From Cercozoa sp. M6MM (taxonomy: Eukaryota; Protista; Endomyxa: Ascetosporea): 64,000 nt of DNA. Both the position numbers and the translations under genes were made by a program. Of this stretch, positions 48,389 through 62,672 are shown in pieces (the stretch's first letter is position 1; each line of letters begins with the position of its first letter). The notes below the pieces were generated by a model that searched no databases, was not told the origin of the DNA, and saw only the letters and a program-made list of their open reading frames with translations. Location: the NCBI GenBank assembly GCA_040357565.1, contig JBDODJ010000002.1. One strand, 5' to 3'.

Positions 48389-50343
48389 ATGTCGTCAGAG
48401 GCCTTCCTGCGTGACCTGGTGCAAGACGAGCGCCGCTTGCGCAAGCTTGTGTGTTGAACCATTTTGATGTCCCTGCGGCTTGTGCCACTTTGCGTGAACT
48501 AATGTTTGCAGGTGCGTCGCTATTGGATAAGCATGCGCGATGGCACACTCTGTGACGTTCTTCCCGACATGTTGCCTCCGGGTCTGCCTGATGTAAGTTA
48601 AGTGTGTTGTGTGCCCAGCGCTGCGGCAGACCATTGCTTTTGCAGATTCTTCCGTGTCCGTATGGCGACCGTGCCGCGGAGCGTCCGTTGACGCTCATTC
48701 GACTGGACCCAAACAGCAAGGAGGTAAACTCGCAGTGTTGCTTTCTGGTGGTTTTACGGTGTCTTGAGTAGCACGAAGAGCAGTTCTGCGATGTCTTTGC
48801 GGCTGGTTATCAGGTGACACGACTCTAACTTGTTTCACTTTTGTTTGTTCTATTCTTGACTTTGCACAGACGAACCCGCTCGTGGAAGCGATGAACATTC
48901 GCGACGAGTCGCTTCATGTACCACTACTGCCCTAAAGTAGTCACTAACCCAGATATAAACGCAAAAACGCAGGTGCTAGCTCGAAACTGGCTGGCCACCT
49001 GGCGTCTTGCGAACGTCGGTGGCTACGCTGTTGTGGATGCCAAGACCGGTACAATCTTGCTTAAGATGGTGAGATTGAGCACCTACATGCTTGCTGTTTT
49101 AGGCGAGTTTCTGGCTGTCTCTGCCTGCGAAGACTGGTACCAATGTCTGTGTTTTATTGTAAGTGCTTTTTATCTTTCTTTATGCATACATTGCAGGGCG
49201 CTTGCAAACGGAACTGGTCGTGCCCCGACGTCGGGTAGCCCACTTTGAAGTGATCGTGAATCTTCGATCTCGTGAGCTTATGTTCAGGCAACGCTGAGCG
49301 TTTCGCTGCTCTGCCGGTCGAGCAGCAAAATGCCATCACGATTTGGTATCTGTTTGTCGACTCGATTTGATAACAAATTGCGCTCTTATGCTTTTTGGTG
49401 CATCTCACAGGCGTCGACACTCGGCTATGACCAAGAAAGACTTGTACGAGAAATTTGCTTTCCTGCATCCCGACAAGTGCGAGGTACGTTGTTGTTGCGG
49501 TTAGCCGTCCCTTTGACTCTACATTTGTTGCGTAATATGGCAGCCCGGCGAGATCTGCACGGCGTTCGTTGTCATGAAGCGGTGCATTCAAGGTGTCTAT
49601 GTCTCCTTGTTTCATTTCTTTGTTGCACCGAGCAAAACATTGGGATTTGCTCTATTGTGAAGGACGTGCTATCGGAGCGATTTTGTCCTTCTTGGTACTC
49701 AGAAAAATGTTGTAAGAACGAAGGCACCAGGACAGCAAACAACATTTTTTGTCACACACATACACACACAGATGGGTGCTGAAAGCACGCACCGTGGCTA
49801 CAAGGTCGGATTCGCTCGACCATCTAACCCGGCCAGTACCGCTTGCTGTTTGTGATTTGTTTTCGAAGTAGTGATACGTGCGTGCCAGGTGTTGCATTCT
49901 CTCCTAACACGTGCAACGAGCGCACTTTGGTATCACCGTGCTCTTTTTGCCTGTTGCTCCTTTTTGATTCTCTGACAAAACCGAACTGCAGGTGTGCCAC
50001 AACGAGAAAATGGGCGACTACCTCGATCCAATCCTGCAGGTGGCGCCGTTTGCCGAGTTCCCCAAATTACGCGATCTGCGACCGAAAGCATTTGCCTTCC
50101 TGATGGCACCGAGCCACAAGGTACATCATTTGCTAGACTTTGTGCTCTATCGCTAAGCTGAGATATCGATACAGTTCGCCGAGGAGTTCGCACGTGCGTT
50201 TGCTTCGCTGCCCGAGATGCCGGCGCATGTGCAACAGCGCGATGGTACTGCTTCTCTTGGTTTTGTGTAACTGCGAATATTTTTGTGTTTGTTGCATAGG
50301 AGTCAAGGGTATCTTCCGCGTTGCGAACAAATCGGCTCTGTAG
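48389..50343 (+). CDS. Hypothetical protein, possibly GNAT-fold acyltransferase
   Basis: Consistent GT-AG exon chain from MSSEAFLRDL to FRVANKSAL*. FCDVFAAGYQTNPLVEAM and YAVVDAKTGEFLAV recall AANAT-like GNAT N-termini (weak). Confidence 0.5.
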
Positions 50344-50799
50344 AGGCACCCATCACCCATACGCCGACTCGACTTGTCATTCGGTTCCAAGTTCGATTTC
50401 GTTTTACTTCGCTTTGAGGCAAGTTATGTTGAGGCAAGTTATGCGGCGAACCAGAAGCGCGCGAGCGAGTGCTATGCTGGCGAATCGTGGGATACTTAAG
50501 TTGCACCATCATCGGCCCCAGCTAACGTAACGGGAACTGAACACAACTAAAGCATCAAACTTCGCTCGAAGGTAGCTTTAACATCGCATTCGATCGGATT
50601 TGGTGGACGAAAACGCTTCCTGAAGTCGCTACATGATAACCGTCCACGCGGAACTGACTGAGCTGGTCAAACAAAACTGACCGAAACCGACGTGTCTGCA
50701 CGATGCAGCAAGTCTAGATCTGTGCAATCCAGCACCTGATCTCGGCCGAGTCTAGTCGTGGTTGGAACGAGAATTCTGTCGACTGTAAACTGCAAGTCT

Positions 50800-51866
50800 T
50801 AAGTCTGGGCTCGTGGCAACCTACGGCTCAAGGTAACTTTCACTCTTGGAAAATAAGAACCTGAAGCAAGGCCCTTGGCATTTCGAACCGAGATGCTACG
50901 GATTGGTGTAAGCCAGTGCTTGCGTTCGTTTTTAGTACAGTTTCTTTTCAAACCTACGCGAATCAAATGTGCTCTCGAGTTTATCGATACACGCATGAAA
51001 CCAGAACACGAGACCCATCACAAGCAGCGTGATTTTTGAGTGGGCCAAAGGAGAAACCGACAAACAAAACCCGCACCTGCCTCATACGTTTGTAAGACAT
51101 CCAGATTTGAGTGCGTACCGTCGCGAGATGTCTTCCAGTCGAACCCAAAAGGAGGTGCTGCGTCAGATGCACAGTTCATCGGAACACGAACTAGCCCACG
51201 GCAGGTACAGTAACATATCTGAGAGCAGCTTCTGTGGGGCTGCTATCCAAACTAGCCGAGCTATACGCGTACCTTTGCAGTTCGCATTACAGCGTCCAGT
51301 CAGAAGCCGATTTGAAACTTCACGCGGTATGAATTCAATCAAGGCACCACACGCTCTTAACTCCGCTCTGAATCTATCCTATCTATAGTGCGTCAACGCA
51401 CTCATTGAAGTTCTCCACAAGTTTGAAAAACAACACGGCCAGACCAACGACGCTGTTGCGAGCTCCCACAACTTCTTTATCCGTGAGCCGGATCACGAGG
51501 AAGTGCAAGGTTTCCTCAATGAGCATCGCTGCGTGCACGTCTTAATCACTGCGCCTCCTGACCAGCGCGAAGAAATCTGGAATGCGCTCAAGGAAAGTCC
51601 GAGTCTTCGCACTGCTCTGCTTGGAGAGCGCCCGCCCGATCTTGACAATGAGGTGTTTGAATTCTACGTCGCTTTAAAGGTGCATCAGTTCAGTTCAGCT
51701 TATATATCCTAAGTTTTAGAGCGTATCTGGTTTTTTTGTCACCTTCTTGGTACCGATGCTGCCGCATCCATAGCACGTGGAGGAGCGTTCACCGGAAGAG
51801 TGCTTGAAAGGCGAGATGAATTGCCACTCAGAAGATTGTGGCGACCACGACATCATGCACCGCTAG
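50800..51866 (+). CDS. Hypothetical protein (start uncertain)
   Basis: In-phase exons ELYAYLCSSHY..., CVNALIEVLHKF...FYVALK and HVEERSPEE...MHR*, with GT-AG borders. Confidence 0.5.
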
Positions 51867-52164
51867 TGCCTCAACGACCGTTGAATCTCTCGGACGGTTC
51901 TGTAAGAGTCCGCGCGTCTCGCGATTCATTTTATTGGGTGTTGAAGGAAAGAGCGGCCGCTTAAATCGCGTTGTGATAATAATGCTGACATGACGTGGTG
52001 CACTCTGTCATAGTTTAATGAACAAAACAGTTGAACAACTGAACATCGGGGAATAACCAGCAACAACAGTGAGAAACAGCCGTGAGCTTTAATTGGCCGG
52101 TCAGTTTATCTGCAGGCGTTGCTGCCACTGTTGCTGCTGCATCTACATCCGCATCTGGATCTGT

Positions 52165-52514
<350 letters not shown>

Positions 52515-52719
52515 AGTCATGATCAGTTAGAGTCAAACAACAACTACATGTATAACTGGAAACTAGCTAGTTACTCACTTAGTCACTTCGTTTAAGTTAA
52601 TTTAGTCACTCCGTTTCAATTAGTCACTCCGTTTATCGCTGATTCATGATAGAGTGCTTTACGTAGCCGATTGGTACTTGGTCTTAACGATTCTTTACTG
52701 ATCTTTATTGTTTTGTCGC

Positions 52720-54891
52720 ATGCAGTTCAACTTCTCTGCAAGGACTCTGTCCGAGCAAGTGTGGTGCAGCCAAGGTGCGCGTTGGAAAGCATATCAGTAA
52801 CCCAATCTCTGCTGCAGTCGGGTTTCGAATGCCAGTTTGATGAGTTTGATGCTTGCGCGTGTCTACACGAAATATCAGAAACCGTGGCAATTTATCTCCC
52901 CTTGGACTAATATAGTTAGTCGATTTCAGGTCATATCTAGACACGATGCTCTTCAAAGACTCGGCCGGCTTGAGATGTTGTCGAAAGTTCTGAAACTCTG
53001 CGGGACCATGATGTGCATGCTTTTCCTCGCGAAATCGACACTGACTACGACTGCCTGTGCTACAGGAACAGACAGTTCGGTACCTCATAAAGCACCCTCT
53101 GACTTTTTAAATCAAATAAACTTGTAAGTTGACCCTTAAATGTCTTTGTCAAAAGTCAACACTAAGTTTCAGATTCAGTTTGTATCAAATAGAAATACTA
53201 TCAGCATCGATGTATGTAGGGCAATCGAAGCCATCACAAACAATGTCAGAGATATGCGGGAGCATATCAAGCAGCAACAAGCTAAAGTCGATTCACCTTC
53301 CCTCAGTGGCTCCGATTGTGTGGCAGTCGCGGCCGAAGAAGAGGAACTGAGCAAGTCGGAGCCGCCGGAACCCACTCCATCACAAACTCAAGTTGTTGGA
53401 CAGGCAGTGACCTGGGAGCAACAACGACGACTGGTCGCTGCAGGTCTGACGCGCTCGCTTGTGACTGGTCCTTCTGCCGAGGACGGAGCCGCAAATACAT
53501 AGCTAAAATCACGGGTACTACTCCTGTGAAACCATCGCAAATATAACGCTCAGCTTCGCTTACGTTAGTGATTGAGATTGACTTCTGAGCCACCAATTAA
53601 TACTGCCCCGTAACCAAACTGAAAGTCCGAAGACACCGTCGGAACGCACGTGTCACAAGCGAGAATGCGGCGACTTGAAGAGAATTGGCGCCGACCGCAC
53701 GCAAACAGCGGGCGCATGCACCATGCGAGATTCTCGCTTGGTAAACTATATCTCCTCTCTGCTCTAATTCGCAGACTGTGCAGTGCCACTCGCAGGTGTG
53801 AGTGCCAGTGAGCATGCGGTACTGGCGCGAGGAGTATCCCGACGAGTGGCGTCGCATCTCTCGTCTGCTGCTCTCCTTCCAGCTGAGGTATCGATACTTC
53901 AGCACCCAGACTTCGGTCACTCTGCGTTTGTCTACCCTGTGTTCGTGCCAGACCTAGAGACGTGGCGGCGGACGGAAATTGTTTATTTCGTGCCGTGTCG
54001 CATCAACTTCATGGACACGAGGGTATGTTGAAAACACACCTAGGCGAAGACTCTTATTAGTGGCGGTTCCACGGTTCACACTCTCGTTTGCTTGAAGATG
54101 AGCATATCAACCTGCGAAAGCAAGTGTGTCGCTTCATTCGAAAACACAAGCACGTGTTCGAGCCGCTCGTAGACAACGGTGACGTGCGCAACTATGTGCG
54201 ACTCATGCGCAAGAACGGCGAGTGGGGCGGTAGCGTTGAATTACAGTAAGTTGCGGCCTTTCGGAGTAACCTTTACCGTACCCACTGGAGTGCAAATTTA
54301 CTTTGTCAGGGCGCTTTCGGCTTGCATGGATGTCAACATCGTCGTGTACAAGGTGCCTCGCCGTGCAAAGTCCCCTGTCGTCATTCGTATGCGACGACCT
54401 CGTGGGGTACAAGGCTTCCCTGCAGCAGGCGAGCAACAACTCACTTAATGAGCATTTTATATAGCACCGCAAGAGGCGAACAGTTCGACTTGCGTACATT
54501 GCAGATGAACACTACAGCAGCGGTACCAAGACCCACCGTTTTTCTCCACGGATCGGCGGTACTGCTGTGACTTGAGCACTTTGACTGACAGTGACACGGC
54601 CTCGCAACGATCCACGAAAAGCGAAAACAACAATGTCGGAACCACATCGTACCTTTGACTCAGTTCCACCCACCGCAAAGTAAACACAAAACACCACACT
54701 TAGTGCCATTTTGATTTTCAGCCGAAGAAGTGTTATCGGATCTCCCACATGTGGATTGGAACTCCAAACGACGCCTGCGACCGAGTGTGCCGCGCGAAGG
54801 TAGCAATAAGGAGAATCTAAACGAACTGCGACGAAAGAAGGAGAAACGACCCGCCTGGTGGCAGGAATTGGCCTCTGCGATACGCAGTTGA
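52720..54891 (+). CDS. OTU-domain deubiquitinase (OTUD3-like) with long N-terminal region
   Basis: DVAADGNCLFRAVSHQ (catalytic Cys), YVRLMRKNGEWGGSVELQALS, VRLAYIADEHYSSV (catalytic His). Start provisional. Confidence 0.85.
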
Positions 54892-55266
54892 AGTTTCAGT
54901 TAGTTTAAGTTGTTTTAGTTTATTCATCTCGGCCAGTGGTACGAAATGTACCATTCTGGAAGATGCGGAAGTCGGCGGCGGTCACAAGTCAGGTGGCTAG
55001 TACCTGATCAAGTGAGATACGCGATACACTTACACGTGCCAGTGGCGCACATGTCACGCACTCGTGCCGCCAGGACTACAGAGGCACAGGAAATACCGAA
55101 GAAAAATGAAGCTAAGTTTACATGGGGTAACACAAGTGGCACAGTGGTTTAACAGCGACGACGACGGCGTAACAATAACAATGCAAACGGCGTCGATATT
55201 GACATCACCATTGTGCAGGTACCAGCCGAGTAAGTTTAGGTTGTTTGATGTTGACAGTAACAATTT

Positions 55267-55657
55267 TGTCACGGTATGGAAACCAGTAACTAAGGTATTG
55301 AAGACGACTAAATAAAGGAAGTAACACGTCAGTTAGAATGGCGTCGATGCGGATGAATAGGAGACATACCCTTGTAGAAAAGGTCGTCGAAAGCTCGAAG
55401 GCTTGTTGATGGCAATTAAAAGAACAGCCCAGGCACTGCAGTCAAAGTGCGTGAGCTGTAGAAAGCTTGACCCAAGCTCGGAAGTCAGGTCTGCACAACA
55501 CTTGACAATGCAAGGTAGAAGCCTCAGGATGTAATGCAGGAGATACCTAGCAAAACAAATCCTTCACTATTAAACCATACTGGTTCAGATTTGATCGTCC
55601 GCGCTGACGAGTAGTCAGATGACAACTTGACTGGTTGAGAAACGCTATGCCGTAACA
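55267..55657 (+). mobile_element. Solo-LTR-like element, copy 2 (391 bp)
   Basis: TGTCACGG...CCGTAACA flanked by ATTT on both sides; aligns to 8880-9221 with an extra internal segment of about 56 nt. Confidence 0.8.
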
Positions 55658-55699
55658 ATTTGGTGGAGAAGTCCTACCGTAACATGTATTTCTGCAGTC

Positions 55700-55793
55700 G
55701 AGTTTCTACTAGATTTCTAGTGCATTTATACCAGATTCTAGAGCGGCTCTAGAAAGTTCGTGTTTCTCGATGCAGTTCTAGAACATTCTAGAC
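55700..55793. promoter_or_regulatory. Cluster of heat-shock-element-like nGAAn inverted repeats
   Basis: TTCTAGAACATTCTAGA near 55775-55792, CTCTAGAAAGTTC, ATTCTAGAG, plus a minus-strand TATAAA at about 55725-55730. Confidence 0.4.
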
Positions 55794-55799
55794 CCCGTC

Positions 55800-58700
55800 T
55801 CACGGGGCTTTAGTCCGGAAACTCGTAGCCGCTTGAAATACTACCGCTAAGGCCTCCTGGGTAATGACGTTGGAGGCTACTCTGTGCATCTCCCTAATAA
55901 CATTAAAAATATTTCGGGCGCTTCTTTCACTTGTTGGATCTAGCAGTGCAGAACATACCTGTCGAACACACTCCAGAAACTCAGTGCTACGAAAGAAACG
56001 AGGAAGCACGTCCGTCTAAAAGATAAAGTATTGATAATTTACACTTGAAACAACACATTCAAAAGCGGTGACGTACCTGCAACAATTGCCTGACGGCGTG
56101 TGCGGCTTCAACAAAACTACAGGAGCACATACGCAGAAGATACAATGTAGGTCACCGTTTAAGTGTTTGTGTGCATGTGTCGAACGCACATATCAGGCGC
56201 CATATGACCACGATCAAAGGCATTAAGGATGGATTCTGCCACTCTAGCAGGCAAGTTGACCTACACGCCACAAGCGATACTCTTGGGCTATCAGTCAGAG
56301 AGTTGTGAGACCTTGAGCCGTGCGGACGGCAGAATGAACTTTTGGACAATCTTTCGTGCAGCCTGTCTCCAACAGTCATGAACAGTACATTTTAACAATA
56401 AACACTCTTTTGAGGTACCGACTGTCGGTATCGACTCAGTTGCTACACATACACATACATATACGTACTCACTAATACACACTTCAGTGCATGCGGACAA
56501 GTGTACCGGCATTTGCGCGTGTGCGTCGCACTCTTTCAAAAACAAGAGATTCTCCGCGCATAAAGAACGTCGGACGAAGCGCTGTAGCGCTCTCAAGACA
56601 CTCTGAATACATGTACGCAAATAGAGACAATGTGGAACCTAAAAATCGACAGGCACAAATTACCCTGTTATGGTACAGCACATCGTCGAGCGATAACTGC
56701 TGTGCAACCAACTCGACCGAACCCCTGAAAACAACGACACACACACACACATACACACACGTACACGCACAGGTGTACACCAACACACCGAGCGTTCGAA
56801 TGGAACGAGGCAGTCGCTGGTGCCAACACGCCGGCATTGCTCGTGTCGAGCGCTTGTACTGTCCTCACAATCGGAGAGGTCGGTTGCATGCTCCTGTTTT
56901 GCATTTCAAGGTAACACACATGGGTACTGAATCAGCGAATACAATACAATTACCGAGGCGTATGCGCGGCCACATCAAAGATAAGATCGTTGAAATCGCC
57001 ATCGTCACTTTGCACACTGCCTTCGGTCCACTACTAAATCCGTGCGTGCGTATGCACTGCATCACACTGACAAGGAGCCAAAACACGCAAACGTACGCAT
57101 TCACTGTCGGATGCAGCGGTCGTGTTGGAGCGAATTCGACGCAACACGCGTGTGCGCATGTTAATCTTTGACACCTGAGGGGCAAGTGACTCGTACTAAT
57201 AGCAGGGAATGTACGAGGCACTGGTACCCTGTATAGAAGGACGTGACCTTTGTTGGTGGTCACGCACAAGGTGTCACTGCTGGGCATGTGCACTGCCTGT
57301 TCCATTCAATCCAACATCATCAAGTTTATAATAGGAGTAGAAACCAACAACGTAGGAGTAGAAAAAAAAAATAAAGGAGGAGGAGAAAACAATAGGAGAA
57401 AACAATAGGGTAGAGAAAACAAGAGGGTAGGAGGAGAAAACAAGAGGGTAGGAGGAGAAAACAATAATAATTTTACACGCGGCAGCACGCGTTGTTGCGT
57501 GAGACTGTCTTTCTCGCGTTTTTCGCGCCATGCGGCAACTATAGCAACATAAATTGACAGTCAGAGTGTACACCACGGCATCAAATACCTTTGGCAGCAC
57601 TGCCGCTGTTTCCACTGAGCGAAAGTAGCGCCACGCATCGGTCTGCAAACACAAAGATGGGCAGTGTGCAAGCCAGCTGTAATGCAAATACCTCCCTGTA
57701 GCGCAAGCATGGAGGTGTCTGCGGCCATGTGTGCCGCGTGAATAGTTCGCAGCACACGTACCTCTCGCAGCAACTGCTGCGTCTGCGGTGAGAACACCAG
57801 CACACTCCCCAGCGCAGTTGCCACGACCACCTAAAGACGCCAGATTGAACGTGCACTCACATAACGTGCGTCTGCGATAAAAGCAAGTACGACAACATCG
57901 CCACTGTCACCACCAACGCCAACCGATCGCGCTTCCGTTGTCTGCAAAAGCCTCATTCAACGACCGTCCAGCGGAAGGCAGAATCAAGGGTACCCAAGCA
58001 CCCACGACAGCACCGTGTTTCGACGGCACACGCAAGCGATGGAAACTAGACGTAAGCGAACAAACGTACGCGAGGATACAACCAACAAAGACAAAGCTGC
58101 GCACAAACGCACCTATCGCGTCGGTAGTCATGCACAAGCAGTGCCAGAAAATCGTGTTTGCGCGGATCCACGTGCATCGCGTCTGTACGCAGCAGCACTG
58201 TCCCCAATGACTCGTTGACCTACAAACATAGGTTCACTAATACCGATGATGGACACCATCGAAACAGAAGTACCTTGATTGACTCGAGTGATCCACCGCC
58301 CCAGGCAGCAAGCGACAATCTGTATCACAAGTAATATTACAGATTGGCCGTTCTTGAGAGTGAGCAACACCTCAACTGGACAGTCACTTCTCGCTGCCTT
58401 TCATTTAGTGTCATATACAACAAGTGCGTCCGACTTCCCACCACCAACTACAATCATACGCATGCCCGCAAACGTACACACATCTACACACGCACATACA
58501 CGCGCACTATGATAAAATTCTACGGCATCGCCAATCCAGGCGGCAGCAGTCGCATTCGCAAGTCGCTCATCGCGCGAAAGCATGCCCCTGAGTACATAAA
58601 TTCTCCTATAAAGCCAGTCAGTGTCAACGACGTGAGAATCTATGGGCCAAGATACTTCTTTGTCAGAGTGTCGACAATCCACAAGCCTTGTCGTGACAGG

Positions 58701-59891
58701 CACACCTACTTGATTTTTGTGAATAGACAGAGTAGACACGAAAGGTATCCGCAATATGAGCAGGGGTACAACAGTGGGGTTGGGTGACGTGTCGTCGTTC
58801 CAAAGGAGCGCGCGTGCAGCCCAGCAGGTGTCGCACCGCTCGGGTTTCCTGCAAACAGAACAGTGCGGTTGGGCATTGGAACCCCAGTCGAACACACCGA
58901 GACCGACTACTGCCAGCGCGCACGAGAATTCGACGGAGAGGCTTAGTGCTCTACACACAGGGTGCGCCAAATTCGCATTGTGTACTTTTACAAACACGAT
59001 GAGTGAAAGTGTGTACCTGCACGCGCTGATCGCGTGCTTCACACAGCGCAGCCAACTGTCGCACTTTACCGATAGTCTCCGACTTGTCGACAGGAGCGTT
59101 CTTTTTCTCATCGGCTTGATCATTTGGGGGAGTGATTTCTTCACCCTGACACACCCAAACACACGCGCATCTACACAAATTACGTTTTGGTCAAGAAAAG
59201 CATACGAGTTCGGGCGGCGCCACACGAACAAACTCGCCCGAAATAGCGTGCCAGACCTGTAATGCGTAAGTTTAAAAGTTGTAAACTTAAATTACACACA
59301 TCACACAGCAATCAAGATACGAGTAAGCCCGCAGAGCTCGTTAGTGCGGCCGCCAACTGGCACCCTGAGGGTGACCTAAATGCAACTTTTCGTCAGACAA
59401 ACTGAGACATGCAGGAAAGAAGGGAAATAAGAAACGCACCAAGCAAGCAACACGTCGCTGAGATTTCGAGACGACTCTGGATACTCTGTGCACACGCAAA
59501 AAGATCCCACAATCACAACCAACAGCAAGTGGTGCGGTTTACTCTTGTCACAATGCGTGCAGACACGCGGCTTCCGCCGGCGCCACTCACCGGGCGTGCC
59601 GGCATGCAAGGAGAACTAGATATACGTTGTGATAGAGCATCAGACTGCTACAAAGGTGAGAATAATACCGTTGTGCGGATCGTTCCTCGTGCATCCAAAA
59701 CGTGAACCTATCAACACAGTACGTGCCTATTACGCCAGACACAGCTAGAGGGATAAATATTACGATGCGACGGGCATCAACAACTGCGACGAAACGACCA
59801 TCGCGTGACCACTCAGCCCGAACGTTTTGGTGCTATTGAAACGCACGGTCACACACACACACACACACACGCACACGCAAACATACACACA

Positions 59892-59928
<37 letters not shown>

Positions 59929-61940
59929 ACACACAATACACAATCGCAGAAAGACAAACCTACATGCAATTGTCCAAAAGAAGCGTCGAGCAACCATAGA
60001 CGACGATAGTGCAGTGTCTTGTGTGGCGACTGAATTAGCTTCTTGTCATCTAGTGTGCTATCAAGCACACAAAGCCAGTACAACAGGCACCCCTCTCGAC
60101 AGCAAAGAGAAGTCTTACGTGAAATCTTCGTAGTGTTGATCACCATGCACAACTTTGTTTTGACCGTCACCAGTGGGGGCGCTGTTACGGGTGCTAACAC
60201 GCTGTAATTGCACGTCGAACGACTTCGTCTGTGCAGAAATTTAAATAAGATGATAAATAATGCTGATATGATATCAGTGTACAATGACAGAGGCGGCAGA
60301 AGGTAGAAGCTCCATCGACGGCACTCGCTGCCTGTGAGTTGGTGGCTCGCCTCGTCCGCTCTATGCACAGACGCGTCGGTATTTTACTGAGCACGGAAGT
60401 GCACGGATGAATGAGTGTACAGCGGTCGGTGTCAACAAGGGCGAGCGCAGCAACGATCGATGCGACACGGGCGCCGTTTTTCCCGTACGACTCGGCGAAC
60501 CACACAGGTTTACAGAGGATAGTTCGTCATCATCCAAAATCGGCGTATCGAACAGGTCTGCGTAGAAGCGTTTTAATGGATATTGCACACAAGACAATGA
60601 TGTACCAAAGTCCTCGTGATTGATGTCGTCACGCTCGACAACTGTGTTGGCCTGCGCGCAAAATACAGCGAGCAGGATACAGATGATATGTCGGGTACCA
60701 GCGAAATCAACGAAGCAGACGGCGCCGTCAATGACAACGAAAGCGACGAAGGTGCACGTGACTGAGCAGGTGGCAAAGGCGGCGGCGGTGTCGTTGGGGC
60801 CTTTGGGAGCGTCGCTGATAGTTTCATTGGCACTTGTTGCGGTGTCTGCGGGCGCGACGGTGGCGTCGATTGCGGTCCTACAGCATGGCGGACGGCAGAG
60901 TCACTCTACTCTCATGGCACATCATTTCCTGCTGTAAGGTGTACCTAGAGAAAGCCGCGATGTGTGAGGCCGCAATTCTCGTGATATCGTCGGCGGAAAC
61001 CTGGGCAGAGTGAGCACCAACTACGAAGAGGAGGTGGGGACCAACAATTTTGCGCAGGTGTACCGGTAGTCGGCAGATGCGCGGCAAGGCATGTCTTCGA
61101 GCACGTAGTCCTTCGGTGGTTGCGACATCTCCTCGCAATCAGAGCGCAACGCATGTAGCGTGTGCACAGCATCACCCTGCAGATTTCTCAAATACACGAA
61201 ATGGACACGCACTTAGGCACTACACAAAACTGAGACAATACCAGCAAACGGCGCACTTGAATGTCAGTTGTGTCTGTGTAGTAACGTCGGATTACACACC
61301 TCCGCAGGTAAAAAGACATACCAATCTGAGCGATATACTGCATCACCGCGTCCAATTGATTTCGCAGACGCTGGAATCGCTGCCTGCATGCCGACGATGT
61401 GAGTCATGCTCGTTTCAGGCTTACACAGAAAATAAGAACCGAAAAATGTCGTTCGCGGCGTCTTGCACACGCGAGGCAAAGCTGATCGGTATGTGCAAGT
61501 CTTCGTCCATACATGAGACTTGTTTCTATGCCAGGAGGCTACCATTACCAAAGCTGGCCACAACTGAGAGAAAGTGTACCTTTCGCAGATCGTCGCATTC
61601 ATACTTGAGCGCAGTTTCGCGTGTCAGGGCTGACGTTAGTTCGCGTTGAAGTGCCTGCAATCAACGTCGCATACGCTGAGCGCTAAAAATAGATCAAAAT
61701 ACCTCATTCTCCAAGACTAATGCCCCGATAGCTTCGGCGTCCGAATGCAGCTCACCTAAATTGACACAGAAATTCCACGTTTCTACCAGCATGCCTACTT
61801 GGAGTACAATTGTTCTGAACGAACACAATAGTTGTACCTGGTATGCCTTCAGTTCGTGTAGAAACACGCATAAAGCGAGAGAATGCGTTGCGGCATTGCT
61901 GCGCTGACAGTGCCAACGTGTCTGGCGCCTCCATCTGCAT
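55800..61940 (-). CDS. Large multi-exon gene (possibly more than one) ending in an RGS domain, with upstream beta-propeller-like segments
   Basis: C-terminal ALQRFVRRSLCAENLLFLKEC...AARKIVQKFI...VNLP...LLQTDVLPRFFRSTEF is an RGS domain. VVATALGSVLVF and LCVTTNKGHVLLY are WD40-like strands. Continuity to 61940 not fully verified. Confidence 0.55.
57345..57470. repeat. Intronic purine-rich minisatellite (GGAGAAAACAAGAGGGTAGGA-like)
   Basis: Imperfect tandem copies visible directly. Confidence 0.8.
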
Positions 61941-62310
61941 AGATGCTCTGCATAAAAACCAGAATCGAGGAAAAATGACACAGCGTGCACTATCTCATGC
62001 ACAACCAGTATGCAGCGTACATAGAGAGTGCGAGACCGCACTGGCACAGCCTCGTAGAGTCTCTAAGCAACAGCTGTGGTTTGTTCAAGGATCAACTTTC
62101 AACGGTTGTAGCGACCGGGCTCAGCGTTTGGAACCACTGAGCGGGCAATCTTGATTTTTTTATTCCGTTCGTTCTGCTGACGTCAACATCGTGTAACCAG
62201 TATAAAGAACCGCATAGTACAAACGAAATGCGAATGTTTCATCTATTCGATGCAAGTATCAGTCTGGTTGGCTTCCATCAGTCAAGCCACTTTTCTCCGG
62301 CAAAAGCGGC

Positions 62311-62619
62311 TCATCTTTCAAGGCTGACGGCGTCAGCCAGCACGTCAAAGTGCAGGGCCGGGCGCTGGCGCTCCTGCACACACACGGTCCAGTTCAAAAC
62401 AAAACAGCGGGCTAGGGAACTCGAAATACCAAGCGTCGTTCGAAAGCAGACGCCACACGAAGACACAGGTCCTCGCGCCAGTGGTCAGCCATGACCTGCT
62501 TGCAGAACACGTATTGATTTTCATGGGAAGCTATCAATGCTTGAGTGGTATACCTGTAGGGCAATGGGAACACCAGTACTTTCGTCATACGCGACGGGAA
62601 AGGTGATGCCTGGCACACC

Positions 62620-62672
<53 letters not shown>

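Noticed and set aside
30350-50343. Link between the tail-collar gene and the GNAT-like gene, as in bacterial MdpB loci
   Set aside because: They are 17 kb apart with housekeeping genes between, and the GNAT call is weak.
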